Source of the DNA: an uncultured delta proteobacterium
Lineage (GTDB): Bacteria; Myxococcota_A; UBA9160; SZUA-336
DNA length: 64,000 bases
Direction: 5' to 3'
Assembly: GCA_963704165.1 (NCBI GenBank)
Contig: CAVPHD010000003.1
Coordinates: 416,001-480,000, forward strand
This document shows positions 22,233-30,947 of this stretch, in pieces. A model generated the notes under the pieces. That model saw only the letters and a list, made by a program, of their open reading frames with translations. It did no database searches and was not told the DNA's origin. Numbering within the stretch: position 1 is the stretch's first letter; each line of letters starts with the position of its first letter. Made by a program: the position numbers and the translations under genes.

Positions 22233-23827
22233 CTGCGCGGCTCGCCGCGCGCGAAACCGGGATCGAGGCGCGTGAGGATCTTGCGCACGGGCGCGGGGAT
22301 GTTCCGGCCGAACGCGCACAGGCTCGTCGCCGAGACCACGTCGAGCAGCGACACGAGCTCCGCGTCCGCCGCGCTCGAGTCCTCGCCGGAAAGCGCGAAC
22401 GCGCGCTGCGAGCCGACGCGGCACGGCACGCATTTCCCACACGATTCGTCGGCCATGAACGCGAGCCAATCGCGCGCGAGCGCGCGGAAGTCGGTCCCGT
22501 CCGGCAATGCCACGAGGCCGCCGTGACCGAGATCGATGCCTCGCGCTTCGAAGCTCTCGTAGCAGATCGGCACATCCCACTCGTCCGGCAGCAGGATCGA
22601 GCCCATCGGCCCGCCGATCGCGACCGCGGCGAGCGTCTCCCCCGGCCGCGCACCACCCGCCGTGTCCTCGATCAGCTCGCGCAGCGAGAGGCCGAACTCG
22701 ATCTCGACGATTCCGGGCCGCGCGAAGCCCGCGTTCAGACAGATCGCCTTCGTACCGCTCGACGCGCGAGTGCCGAGCTCCCGATACGCGGCGGGCCCGT
22801 GCCGGACGATCCATGGCACGTTGACCAGCGTCTCGACATTGTTCACGACCGTCGGCATCCCGAAGAGTCCCTGCGACGTCGGATAGGGCGGGCGCACGCG
22901 CACCTCGCCGCGCCGGCCTTCGAGTGCCGCGATCAGCGCGGTCTCTTCACCGCAGACGTAGCTGCCCTCGCCGCGCACGACACGCACCTCGAAGCCGAAG
23001 TCGCTGCCGACGACCGAAGGGCCGAGCAGGCCGGCGCCGCGCGCATCGACGATCGCGCGCTCGATGCGCTCCGCGGCACGCGGATACTCCGACCGGACGT
23101 ACACGATTCCGTGTCGAGCCCCCACCGCGAAGCCGCACAGCGCCATCCCTTCGAGCACGGTGTGTGGATCGCTCTCGAGCAGGACCCGGTCGACGAACGC
23201 CCCGGGATCGCCCTCGTCGCCGTTCGCGATCACGTATTTCTCCGCGCCGCGCGCACTCGCGGCGTGGCGCCACTTCGCACCGGTCGGGAATCCGGCACCT
23301 CCGCGGCCACGCTCGCCCGACGCCTCGAGCGCTCGCAGCACCATCGCAGGCTCGCGGTGCAAAGCCCGCTCGAGCGACTCCCAGACGCCCGCCGCGCGCG
23401 CGCGCGCGAAGTCGTCGTGATCCCCGAGGGCGATCCGTTCGCTCACGATCGGACGCCTCGACAGCGAGCGGACCTCCGGACGGGGCGCGAGCAGCGCGCC
23501 GCTCCCCCGTTCCAGCGCGGATCCGTCGGCGCGCAACACCACGGGCGAGCGGTCGCAGTAGCCCGCGCAGTAGATCCCCGTCTCGGACGCAGCGGAGTCG
23601 GACTCCGCCCCGCTCGAGGTCACGCGGCATGAGGTTCCACGACAGACGCGCAGAGCCCCGTCGGGAGCGCGGCGGTCTGCGAAGTACGAGTCGCGGGCAC
23701 GCGCGCGCGCAGGTCCGTCGCCGAAGGCTCGCCTCTTCTCGGAATTCACTTCCTCGCGAGGGTGCAAGTCGCAGTCCGTTCGGGTCGGCACGGTCTCGCT
23801 GCTCTCCTTCTCTAGATACTGCGGCAT
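22229..23827 (-). CDS. NADH-binding NuoF/FdsB-like subunit with short N-terminal NuoE-like 2Fe-2S module
   Basis: GRGGAGFPTG.KW, NGDEGDPGAF.DR, GSYVCGEETAL, NNVETL, ESCGKCVPCR, SLCAFG; N-terminal VCRGTSC..YCAGYC; start 23827 or 23749. Confidence 0.88.
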   Translation of the reverse strand: MPQYLEKESSETVPTRTDCDLHPREEVNSEKRRAFGDGPARARARDSYFADRRAPDGALRVCRGTSCRVTSSGAESDSAASETGIYCAGYCDRSPVVLRADGSALERGSGALLAPRPEVRSLSRRPIVSERIALGDHDDFARARAAGVWESLERALHREPAMVLRALEASGERGRGGAGFPTGAKWRHAASARGAEKYVIANGDEGDPGAFVDRVLLESDPHTVLEGMALCGFAVGARHGIVYVRSEYPRAAERIERAIVDARGAGLLGPSVVGSDFGFEVRVVRGEGSYVCGEETALIAALEGRRGEVRVRPPYPTSQGLFGMPTVVNNVETLVNVPWIVRHGPAAYRELGTRASSGTKAICLNAGFARPGIVEIEFGLSLRELIEDTAGGARPGETLAAVAIGGPMGSILLPDEWDVPICYESFEARGIDLGHGGLVALPDGTDFRALARDWLAFMADESCGKCVPCRVGSQRAFALSGEDSSAADAELVSLLDVVSATSLCAFGRNIPAPVRKILTRLDPGFARGEPRR

Positions 23828-23835
23828 TTTGCCGC
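23821..23835. promoter_or_regulatory. Palindrome, candidate enhancer-binding-protein site
   Basis: GCGGCA-TTT-TGCCGC perfect inverted repeat in the divergent nuoF/USP region. Confidence 0.5.
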
Positions 23836-23839
23836 GAAT

Positions 23840-23855
23840 CGCGTCGCACGTGCCA
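23840..23855 (-). promoter_or_regulatory. Possible sigma54 promoter for the FDH operon
   Basis: TGGCACGTGCGACGCG on minus strand, GG-N10-GC. Confidence 0.5.
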
Positions 23856-23894
23856 CAGGCTCCGTGGGTTCGCGCCACGAACCGGCTCAGCAGC

Positions 23895-23910
23895 GGGTAC
23901 GCGCGTTGCA
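23895..23910 (+). promoter_or_regulatory. Sigma54 promoter for USP
   Basis: GGGTACGCGCGTTGCA, GG-N10-GC. Confidence 0.65.
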
Positions 23911-23922
23911 CCCGGCGGTAAC

Positions 23923-24828
23923 ATGACCTGGCCACCGCGGCGAATTCTCGTCGGGACCGACTTCTCCGACGCCTCACGCGCCGCCTCGCGTGCGGCCGCT
24001 GGGCTCGCGCGCCGTACCGGGGCCGAGATCGATCTGGTCCACGCGATTCGCAAGGGACCCGAGCTCGTGACCGGGTACGAACCCCTCGATGCGCTGCTGC
24101 TCCGCACGCCCGACCCGGCGCAGGCGCGTGCACACGTCGAGAAACAGCTCGCCGAACTCGCCGCCGAACTCGCGCCGGTCGCGGTGACATCCCACGTCGT
24201 CCGGGGCGAACCCGCTGCCGAGATCCTTGCGCTGCGCGAGCGGCTCGGTCCCGATCTGGTCGCGCTCGGCTCGGTCGGGCTGCGCGGCTTGCGGCGCTTC
24301 GTGCTCGGTAGCGTCGCCGACCGGGCGCTCCGTCGACCCGGTTGCCCGCTCCTGCTCGTGCGGGAGGCGAATCCCGTCGGCGAGTTCAAGACGATCGTCG
24401 TCGCCCAGCAGTTCCCGGACCGGCCGACCCCTTGGCTCGAGCTCGCGCTCCGAATCGCGCACGCGGAGCGCTCCGAGCTGGTCGTGCTGCACGTGCTCCC
24501 GGCGAAGGGGTACGTCTCCGATTCCCATCACGTCGATCTGGAGCCACAGAAGGCGCCCGAGAAGCTCGAGCGGCTGGTGCAGAAGCTCGATGCGACCGTC
24601 CCGGTGAGGATCGACACGCGCAGAGGCGATGCAGCCCATCTGATTCCGAGCGTCACCGAAGAGCTCGGCGCGGATCTCCTGATCATGGGCGCGGAGCGCA
24701 ATCGCGACGGTTGGCCGGGCCGCGTCACCGATCGCGTCGCGCGCGCGGGGCTTCCGGCTCTGCTCGTGGTCTGGCCCGAGGTCGAAGCGGAAGAGGAGTT
24801 CGCGGGCGACGGACCCGACGGCGGCTGA
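23923..24828 (+). CDS. Tandem universal stress protein
   Basis: RILVGTDFS, DLVALGSVGLRGLRRFVLGSVADR; second, degenerate USP domain. Confidence 0.9.
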   Translation: MTWPPRRILVGTDFSDASRAASRAAAGLARRTGAEIDLVHAIRKGPELVTGYEPLDALLLRTPDPAQARAHVEKQLAELAAELAPVAVTSHVVRGEPAAEILALRERLGPDLVALGSVGLRGLRRFVLGSVADRALRRPGCPLLLVREANPVGEFKTIVVAQQFPDRPTPWLELALRIAHAERSELVVLHVLPAKGYVSDSHHVDLEPQKAPEKLERLVQKLDATVPVRIDTRRGDAAHLIPSVTEELGADLLIMGAERNRDGWPGRVTDRVARAGLPALLVVWPEVEAEEEFAGDGPDGG

Positions 24829-24905
24829 GTCGGCTTGGCAGCTCGCCATGGGACAACAAGTCGCAATCCGCACGGATAGAGCGCGGTCCGCACCCCTCAC
24901 TGCAA

Positions 24906-24921
24906 TGGCACATCTATTGCT
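24906..24921 (+). promoter_or_regulatory. Consensus sigma54 promoter for the di-iron operon
   Basis: TGGCACATCTATTGCT matches TGGCAC-N5-TTGCW exactly. Confidence 0.85.
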
Positions 24922-24967
24922 GCGTTACTGACACAGATGTCAGCGCCGATGGCGCAGGAGGAACTCA

Positions 24968-25850
24968 ATGTCCGATTTTCTAGCCGGCTACTCGATTCAG
25001 AACTGGCTCGAGTCCTGCCCCCAGGGATACCTGGAAGGGACGACGTTCGGTCACGCTTCCGCGGAAGCCGAGCCCACCGCGATCCTCGAGAGCACGATCC
25101 TGCGCGAAGCTGCGATCCGCGGCACCGTCCAGCTGGTCGTGGGCGAGCGCGCGGCCCTCGCCGCTTCCTCGGGCCTGGTCAACGCGGCCCCGGACGAGGC
25201 GAGCAAGCGCTTCCTCGCCACGCAGACGCTCGACGAGGCGCGCCACGTCGAGATCTTCACGCAGCGGCTCTTCGACCTCGGCGTGAAGAAGGCCGAGCTC
25301 GAAGACGTGATCAAGCGCCACGCCTCGCCACACCTGGTGACGTTCGCCGAGCGTCCTGCTCGAGAAGGTCGACAAGAAGGACTTCGTCGCGGGCGTGGTC
25401 GGTCAGAACATCGTGCTCGAGGGTCTCGCGTTCAGCGTCTTCGAGATGCAGCACGCGGTGAACAAGGAGATGAATCCGAAGTTCGCGCACACGCTCTCCG
25501 GCACGATCGCGGACGAGCGGCGCCACGTCGGCTTCGGCGAGAACCGGATCGGCTCGCTCCTGAAGGAGCAGCCGCACAAGAAGCCGGAGATCGAGAAGAT
25601 GCAGAAGGACATGTCGTACCACATGCTCGCGACGTTCGCGGAGGCGTTCCGCCGAAACGACACCGCGGCCGAGGAAGAGCGCCGGCAACTCAACGCCGGA
25701 GCGACGGGCAAGGTCGAGTGGCAGGGTGCAGACCTCGCCAAGCTCGCGCCCGCCGAGATGGAGCAGCTGCTGGCCAACACGGTCCTGAAGGAGTTCAAGA
25801 TCCGGCTCGGCCGGCTCGGCCTCGAGTACCAGACGCCGGCGGCGCCGTGA
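24968..25850 (+). CDS. Ferritin-like di-iron protein A, one frameshift (~25352)
   Basis: AGGAGG RBS; ligand set GERAA, DEARH, QNIVLEG, DERRHVGFGE. Confidence 0.85.
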
Positions 25851-26619
25851 GTCGAGAAGTTCATTCGCTCGCGCCGGACGAGTTTCTCGACGAGGTCCAC
25901 TCGTTCGAGTTCTGGTTCCACTCCGTCCAGGGGTATCTGGCCGATTCCGAATTCGGTCACCGGCCCGGTACGCCCGACGAGGAGCTGCCGACCGAACGGC
26001 GCGAGCGCTTGATCACGGTGCTCTGCAACTACTGCGTCGGCGAGACGGCCGCGCTCGACGGTGCGAGCGGGCTGATCGGATTCGCGCCGAACCGGCAGTC
26101 GAAGATCTTCCTGGCGACGCAGGTCGTGGACGAAGCCCGGCACCTCGAGGTGCTGATCCATCGGCTGAAGAAGCTCGGCGTGGAGGATCCCGAGCGGGAG
26201 ATCCAGCTTCGAGCCACGCGCACGCTGCAGGTCTTCCGGCGTCGGCTGCTCGAGCTCGTCGCGAGCAAGGACTGGGAGGCCGCGATCTTCGCGCAGAACG
26301 TGATTCTCGAGGCGATGGAGTTCGCGGCCTTTCAGACGCACGCTCGCGATGCGGACCCGATCACGCGCGAGCTGCTCGAGGGCATCATCAAGGACGAGCG
26401 ACGTCACATGGGATTTGGCGAGAACGATCTCGGTCGGCGTCTGTCCGCGCAACCCGCACGTCCGCGCACGACTTCTGGAGGTGAAGCGCGAGCTCGACCC
26501 GCTCGTCCTCGAGACGTTCGAAGAGATGCTCGCGGAGCTCGGGCATCCCTCGATCGGAGCGCCCCGAGCTGGGACAGAACTATCTGGCGACGGTCGAGCG
26601 ATTGGGGTTCAAGTCGTGA
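25847..26619 (+). CDS. Ferritin-like di-iron protein B, frameshifts at ~26447 and ~26542
   Basis: GTGA overlap; GETAA, DEARH, QNVILEA, DERRHMGFGE; reconstructed end ..RPELGQNYLATVERLGFKS*. Confidence 0.85.
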
Positions 26620-26916
26620 ACGACACCCTCATGCGGGAGGCCGCGTCCGAATCCGGGGCACCGCGCCAGCGGTTCATCCTCGAGGACACGGGCTTCGACG
26701 AGGTGCCCAAGAAGTACCGGCGCTTCTACCGGCGGCAGTCGGGGCCAGGCGACACCCTCGCACCCAACGAGGCGATCTGTCCGGTCTGCAAGGTGGTGAT
26801 CCGCTCCACGCGCGAGCTGCGCGAAGGCGATCGCGTCTACTGCATGCCCTGCATGTCGCGCCTCGTCATCTTCCGCAGCCGACTCGGGTCACCTCGAGGC
26901 GCGCGTCGTCTACTAA
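26616..26916 (+). CDS. Small CxxC..CxxC (zinc-ribbon/rubredoxin-like) protein
   Basis: GTGA overlap; CPVC-x17-CMPC; likely true end ..DSGHLEARVVY* at 26916 after a shift near 26878 (26960 as read). Confidence 0.7.
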
Positions 26917-26959
26917 ATCGGCCGACAGTCCTCGCACTCGAGCGCCGATGCGAAGGTTG

Positions 26960-27166
26960 ATGACGACGACTTCACCGTTGATCCGCCGACTTGGAAGCGG
27001 CTACTGCGCCTCCTGGAACGGCTTCTACCTGTACGACGAGGACCTTCAGCGCGTGCTCTCACGCGTCGCCGAGATCATGGAAGGCACAAATCCGGGCGAA
27101 AGCCGCGGCGAGGATCCCATCCGGGATCGTGCGGCGGCCGAGCCCGAGCTCACGACCGCCGACTAG
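26960..27166 (+). CDS. Possible small hypothetical protein (68 aa)
   Basis: ATG after GAAGG; GYCASWNGFYLYDEDLQRVLSRVAEIM has protein-like composition; no family recognised. Confidence 0.4.
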   Translation: MTTTSPLIRRLGSGYCASWNGFYLYDEDLQRVLSRVAEIMEGTNPGESRGEDPIRDRAAAEPELTTAD

Positions 27167-27269
27167 ATGCCCCGGCCATCCGAGCCGAAGTGCGCACCCG
27201 CGTCGCGATCCGAGCGTTAATTCGTCACCCTTCTCAGTCGCGTCGATTTCGATGCGGTGGGCCCCGGCA

Positions 27270-27285
27270 CGGCGCCCGTTCCGCT
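27270..27285 (+). promoter_or_regulatory. Weak sigma54-like promoter for CBS-DksA gene
   Basis: CGGCGCCCGTTCCGCT, GG-N10-GC. Confidence 0.4.
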
Positions 27286-27313
27286 ATCGAAGGCGACTTC
27301 GAGGAGGACCGCG

Positions 27314-28108
27314 ATGGGCAGTGTCGGCGACCTGATGACCCCGCGACCTACGACGATCGAGGCGGATGCCTCCGCGCTCGCCGCTTTGGATCTGATGATC
27401 GATTCCGGCATTCGCCACCTGCCGGTCGTCGATGGGAAGTCACGACTGGTCGGGATCGTGTCCGTGGACGACCTGCGCGCGGCGCTCCCGTTCTCGGTCA
27501 GCCTGCGACGGCCTCCGGGCCCCGACGAGCGTGAGAACAGCCGCGACCTCAGCGTCGCCGAGGTCATGACTCACGGGCCTCTCACCGCGACCTCGAAGAC
27601 GAGCGTCGCGGAGGCAGCCGGGACGCTCGCGCGCTTCCGCATCGGTTGCCTGCCGGTCGTCGACGAGGAACGCCTGGTCGGAATCCTGTCTGAAACGGAT
27701 GTGCTCCGGTCGATTGCCGGCGAAGCGCCGGCGACGCCTGCGCGTCCGCCGCAGAGCCCGCGCGTTCGCGATCTCGAGGTGCTCGTCAGCGAGCTTCGCG
27801 CGGAGCGAACACGCATTCTCGGGCGCCTCGGACGCACGCAGCAGATCGAGCTCGAGGCGACACGCGAGGAACGCGCCGTGGCCATGGACGAGGCCGACCG
27901 CGCGGCGCACGCGACCGCGCTCCGGATCGACGAGCCCCTCGCCGCGCTCTCGGCGCGGCGCCTCGAAGCGCTCGACCACGCGCTCTTCCGCGCGACGCAG
28001 GGCCGTCTCGGCGTCTGCGAGAAGTGTGGCAAACCCATTCCCGTCGCCCGGCTTCGCGCGCTTCCGGGCACGGCGATCTGCGTCAGCTGCGCGCGCGCCG
28101 CGAACTGA
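27314..28108 (+). CDS. CBS-pair / DksA-TraR C4 zinc-finger fusion protein
   Basis: GAGGAGG RBS; two CBS domains (IRHLPVVD..LVGIVSVDD; IGCLPVVD..LVGILSETD), coiled coil with DEADRA, CEKCGKPIPVARLRALPGTAICVSC. Confidence 0.88.
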   Translation: MGSVGDLMTPRPTTIEADASALAALDLMIDSGIRHLPVVDGKSRLVGIVSVDDLRAALPFSVSLRRPPGPDERENSRDLSVAEVMTHGPLTATSKTSVAEAAGTLARFRIGCLPVVDEERLVGILSETDVLRSIAGEAPATPARPPQSPRVRDLEVLVSELRAERTRILGRLGRTQQIELEATREERAVAMDEADRAAHATALRIDEPLAALSARRLEALDHALFRATQGRLGVCEKCGKPIPVARLRALPGTAICVSCARAAN

Positions 28109-28137
28109 CTCGACCACCCACGAGAAGGAGTGCGACC

Positions 28138-28356
28138 ATGACACACCGGCAGGAACTGGAGGATCAGGTCGCGTGCGAGGATTGTGGAGCACAGATCTCT
28201 CGCAGCGGCGAGCGCGGATTCGCCTTCGGCGAGGAAGGGGTGCTCTGCTTCGCCTGCTCGGAACGGCGCGGCGGACGCTACGACGCCGACGAGGACCGCT
28301 GGACGGTCGCACCGTCGCTCGCGGGGCTGCCGATCTCCGACGACTCCAAGCGCTGA
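28138..28356 (+). CDS. Small C4 zinc-binding hypothetical protein (72 aa)
   Basis: AAGGAG RBS; CEDC-x20-CFAC then RRGGRYD. Confidence 0.75.
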   Translation: MTHRQELEDQVACEDCGAQISRSGERGFAFGEEGVLCFACSERRGGRYDADEDRWTVAPSLAGLPISDDSKR

Positions 28357-29234
28357 CGCTCGCCGCATTCCTTCCGCTGCTCGTCGGAGCGGCGCGCGAC
28401 GAGGCCGCCGCTTCGCTTCAGCCCGTACTCGGCGCACCTCGCGTCATCGAAACCGAAGCCGGCGACACGTTGCTCGACATCGCCGAGCGCAACGGACTCG
28501 GGTTTCGCCAGGTCGTCGACCTGAATCCCGAGGTCGACATCTGGGTGCCGGAGCCCGGCACGCGCGTGCGGCTTCCGACCGAGTACATCCTTCCGAACGC
28601 GCCGCGCACGGGACTCGTGATCAACCTGCCCGAGATGCGCCTCTACGATTTCAGCGTCGATCCCGAGCAGCCGATCGTCCTCGCCGTGGCGATCGGCGAC
28701 GCCGAGGACCCGTCGCCGGTCGGCGAGTTCCGCATCGGGCGAAAACGCGTGAACCCGTACTGGAACGTGCCGGAGTCGATCCGCGCCGAGAACCCGGCGC
28801 TTCCCGCGGTCGTGCCGCCGGGACCGGACAATCCCCTCGGCGACCGCTGGCTCACGCTCGGGACGTCGAGCTACGGCATCCACGGCACGAACAACGTCTG
28901 GTCGATCGGGCGAATCTCGACGCACGGCTGCATTCGCCTGTACAACGCCGACATGCGCGCGCTCTTCGATCGAACCGACGTCGGTGCGCGCGTGAAGCTG
29001 ATCTACCAGCCCGTGAAGCTCGGACAGCGCGACGGGGACCTCTACCTCGAGGCCTACCGTGACGAGTACGACGTCGCGCCGGACGCTCCCTCGGCGACGC
29101 TCGTCGAGCTGATCGTGCTCGACGCTCTGGGCGTCATCGACGGCCGCTCGATCGACCACGAGCAGGTACGCCGCGTGATCCACGAAGCGCGCGGCGAACC
29201 GGTGCGCATCGGAAGGCTCAGGCCGGCCGACTGA
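28353..29234 (+). CDS. L,D-transpeptidase (ErfK/YcfS/YnhG family) with LysM-like domain
   Basis: GDTLLDIA, VINLPEMRLY, PPGPDNPLG, YGIHGTN, THGCIRL; start codon unclear. Confidence 0.9.
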   Translation: MTLAAFLPLLVGAARDEAAASLQPVLGAPRVIETEAGDTLLDIAERNGLGFRQVVDLNPEVDIWVPEPGTRVRLPTEYILPNAPRTGLVINLPEMRLYDFSVDPEQPIVLAVAIGDAEDPSPVGEFRIGRKRVNPYWNVPESIRAENPALPAVVPPGPDNPLGDRWLTLGTSSYGIHGTNNVWSIGRISTHGCIRLYNADMRALFDRTDVGARVKLIYQPVKLGQRDGDLYLEAYRDEYDVAPDAPSATLVELIVLDALGVIDGRSIDHEQVRRVIHEARGEPVRIGRLRPAD

Positions 29235-29243
29235 CCGGACCGA

Positions 29244-29525
29244 TCAGCGTCCGCTCTTCGTCATCGACTTGTTGAAGATCGCCTCGGTCTTCCTCGACGC
29301 TGCATTGGCGTCGTTGGCTGCGGCCTGTGCAGCAGCGGCGGCCTGCTTGGCGGCGGCTTCGGCGGCAGCGGCGCGCTGCTCGGCCGCAGCAATGCGGCTG
29401 TCCGTGCTCTTGGACAGGGCGTCGATCTTCGCGTCGAGTCGCTCGATGTCGCCGTTCGTCGCGCAGGCCGATAGACCCAAGGCCAGCGCTGCGAACCCCA
29501 CGACGATTCCTCGATGTACTCTCAT
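29244..29525 (-). CDS. Lpp/OprI-type alanine-zipper lipoprotein
   Basis: AGGAGG RBS; lipobox LSAC; Ala-rich coiled coil; ends IFNKSMTKSGR. Confidence 0.85.
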   Translation of the reverse strand: MRVHRGIVVGFAALALGLSACATNGDIERLDAKIDALSKSTDSRIAAAEQRAAAAEAAAKQAAAAAQAAANDANAASRKTEAIFNKSMTKSGR

Positions 29526-29945
29526 GTCGTCCTCCTGTGAAACCGAGCAGCAGGCCCGTGCAATCGGTGAGCCAGCGGCGCGGGGGCGTGAGACCTGCGG
29601 ATTCCCGCGCGCTCATGTGTACACCGCGCACGGGCGCGAGGCAATCGGCCGCAAAGCCTTCGACGTGCCGAGACCAGGAGAGAGAGGATACTCGCAAGAG
29701 TGACAGCTATCGCCGACGCGGTGCGAGTCACGCTCGGCTGGGGTGAACATCGCCAAACGTGTCAATCTGTCGGATCGGGAGTCGAACCTCGGCGCACGGA
29801 TGCGGCCCGAGGCCGCGCTCGAGAACACCGTCACCGTGGCGAGCGTTCCGGCTCGCCGAGGAAGCGCTCACCGAGATCGAGAGGTATCCGACCGGGTGGG
29901 GCCCGGGCACCTCGGAAAAGGACTTGAAGCAAAGGAGCAAGCGAG

Positions 29946-30476
29946 TTGAAGAGCAAGCAACCGAAGAAGAAGCTGGCTGGAAAGCGCGGGGGACGTCCGC
30001 AGCCTGCGCGTCGCGAAGCGCAGGGCGACACCTATCGAAAGAAGGTGAAGAAGGTCGAGACGAAGCTGCCCGACGTCACCGTCTGCCCGGACTGCAAGGC
30101 GATCTTCCGCGCCGGGCGCTGGCGTTGGGCGAGCGTCGCCCGGCCGACGGGCACGCGCCGTGAGCTCTGTCCCGCGTGTCAGCGGACGAAGGACGGGTTC
30201 CCGGCGGGTGAGGTCACGATCCGGGGAGAGTTCGCCACGATTCACCGCGACGAGATCCTCTCCACCATCCGCAATCTCGAGGCGAAGGAGAAATCCACGC
30301 GCCCGTTGAACCGGCTGATGGAGATCCGCGACGACGGCGACTCGGTCGTGATCACGACGACGGACGTGCACCTCGCTCACGCGATCGGTGTCGCGCTCTT
30401 CAACGCCTATCGCGGCGCGCTCCGCGCGCCGTGGGTCGAGAAGGGCGATCTACTGCGCGTCAACTGGGAGCGCTAG
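29946..30476 (+). CDS. BCAM0308-family protein (CxxC..CxxC)
   Basis: TVCPDCKAIF..GRWRW, CPACQR, TTTDVHLAHAIG, LRVNWER; TTG start after AAGGAG. Confidence 0.8.
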   Translation: MKSKQPKKKLAGKRGGRPQPARREAQGDTYRKKVKKVETKLPDVTVCPDCKAIFRAGRWRWASVARPTGTRRELCPACQRTKDGFPAGEVTIRGEFATIHRDEILSTIRNLEAKEKSTRPLNRLMEIRDDGDSVVITTTDVHLAHAIGVALFNAYRGALRAPWVEKGDLLRVNWER

Positions 30477-30503
30477 CCGGGCTCTACCGGCGAGCGGTCG
30501 TGT

Positions 30504-30947
30504 TCAGACGTCGAGCGTCACCCGCGCGCGAAATCCGCCCCGCTCGTCGGGTCTGACTTCGAGGCCGTAGGCGGTCACGGCCTTGACGTCGTTGGCGGCG
30601 ACGTGGCGCGCGAGGTCGATCGGCTCGCCGACGACGGTCGCCTCGAGCCGGAGCTGCGGCTCCTCGCCCGACACGTTCACGCTTCGAGCCCGAAGCACCA
30701 GGTGCTCCGCGTCGAGCAGGTAGACGAGTTCGGAGAGGAATCGGCGAAGCAGCCAGTCGAGACGCGTGTCCTCGAGCTCGATTCGGCGTTCGACCCGATC
30801 GCAGACGGCCGCCGGCCGCTCGACCACCGCGGCGAGCAGCGCCTCGGAGGCGGCGGCGAACACGCCGCCCACCGTCGTACCGCGCGCTTCGAAGGTGAGG
30901 TCGCTGGTGACGCCGTCGACGAACTGAAACGGCTCGTCGTCGGTCAC
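30504..30947 (-). CDS. Archease
   Basis: TSDLTFEARG, DVKAVTAYGL, C-terminal VTLDV; GTGA overlap with rtcB. Confidence 0.9.
   Translation of the reverse strand: MTDDEPFQFVDGVTSDLTFEARGTTVGGVFAAASEALLAAVVERPAAVCDRVERRIELEDTRLDWLLRRFLSELVYLLDAEHLVLRARSVNVSGEEPQLRLEATVVGEPIDLARHVAANDVKAVTAYGLEVRPDERGGFRARVTLDV

Noticed and set aside
24968..27166. 732-aa ORF as one double-ferritin protein
   Set aside because: Chimera created by indels; each gene has its own stop/start overlap (25847-25850, 26616-26619)
29300..29400. GCN-rich quasi-repeat
   Set aside because: It encodes the alanine zipper of the lipoprotein and is not an independent repeat
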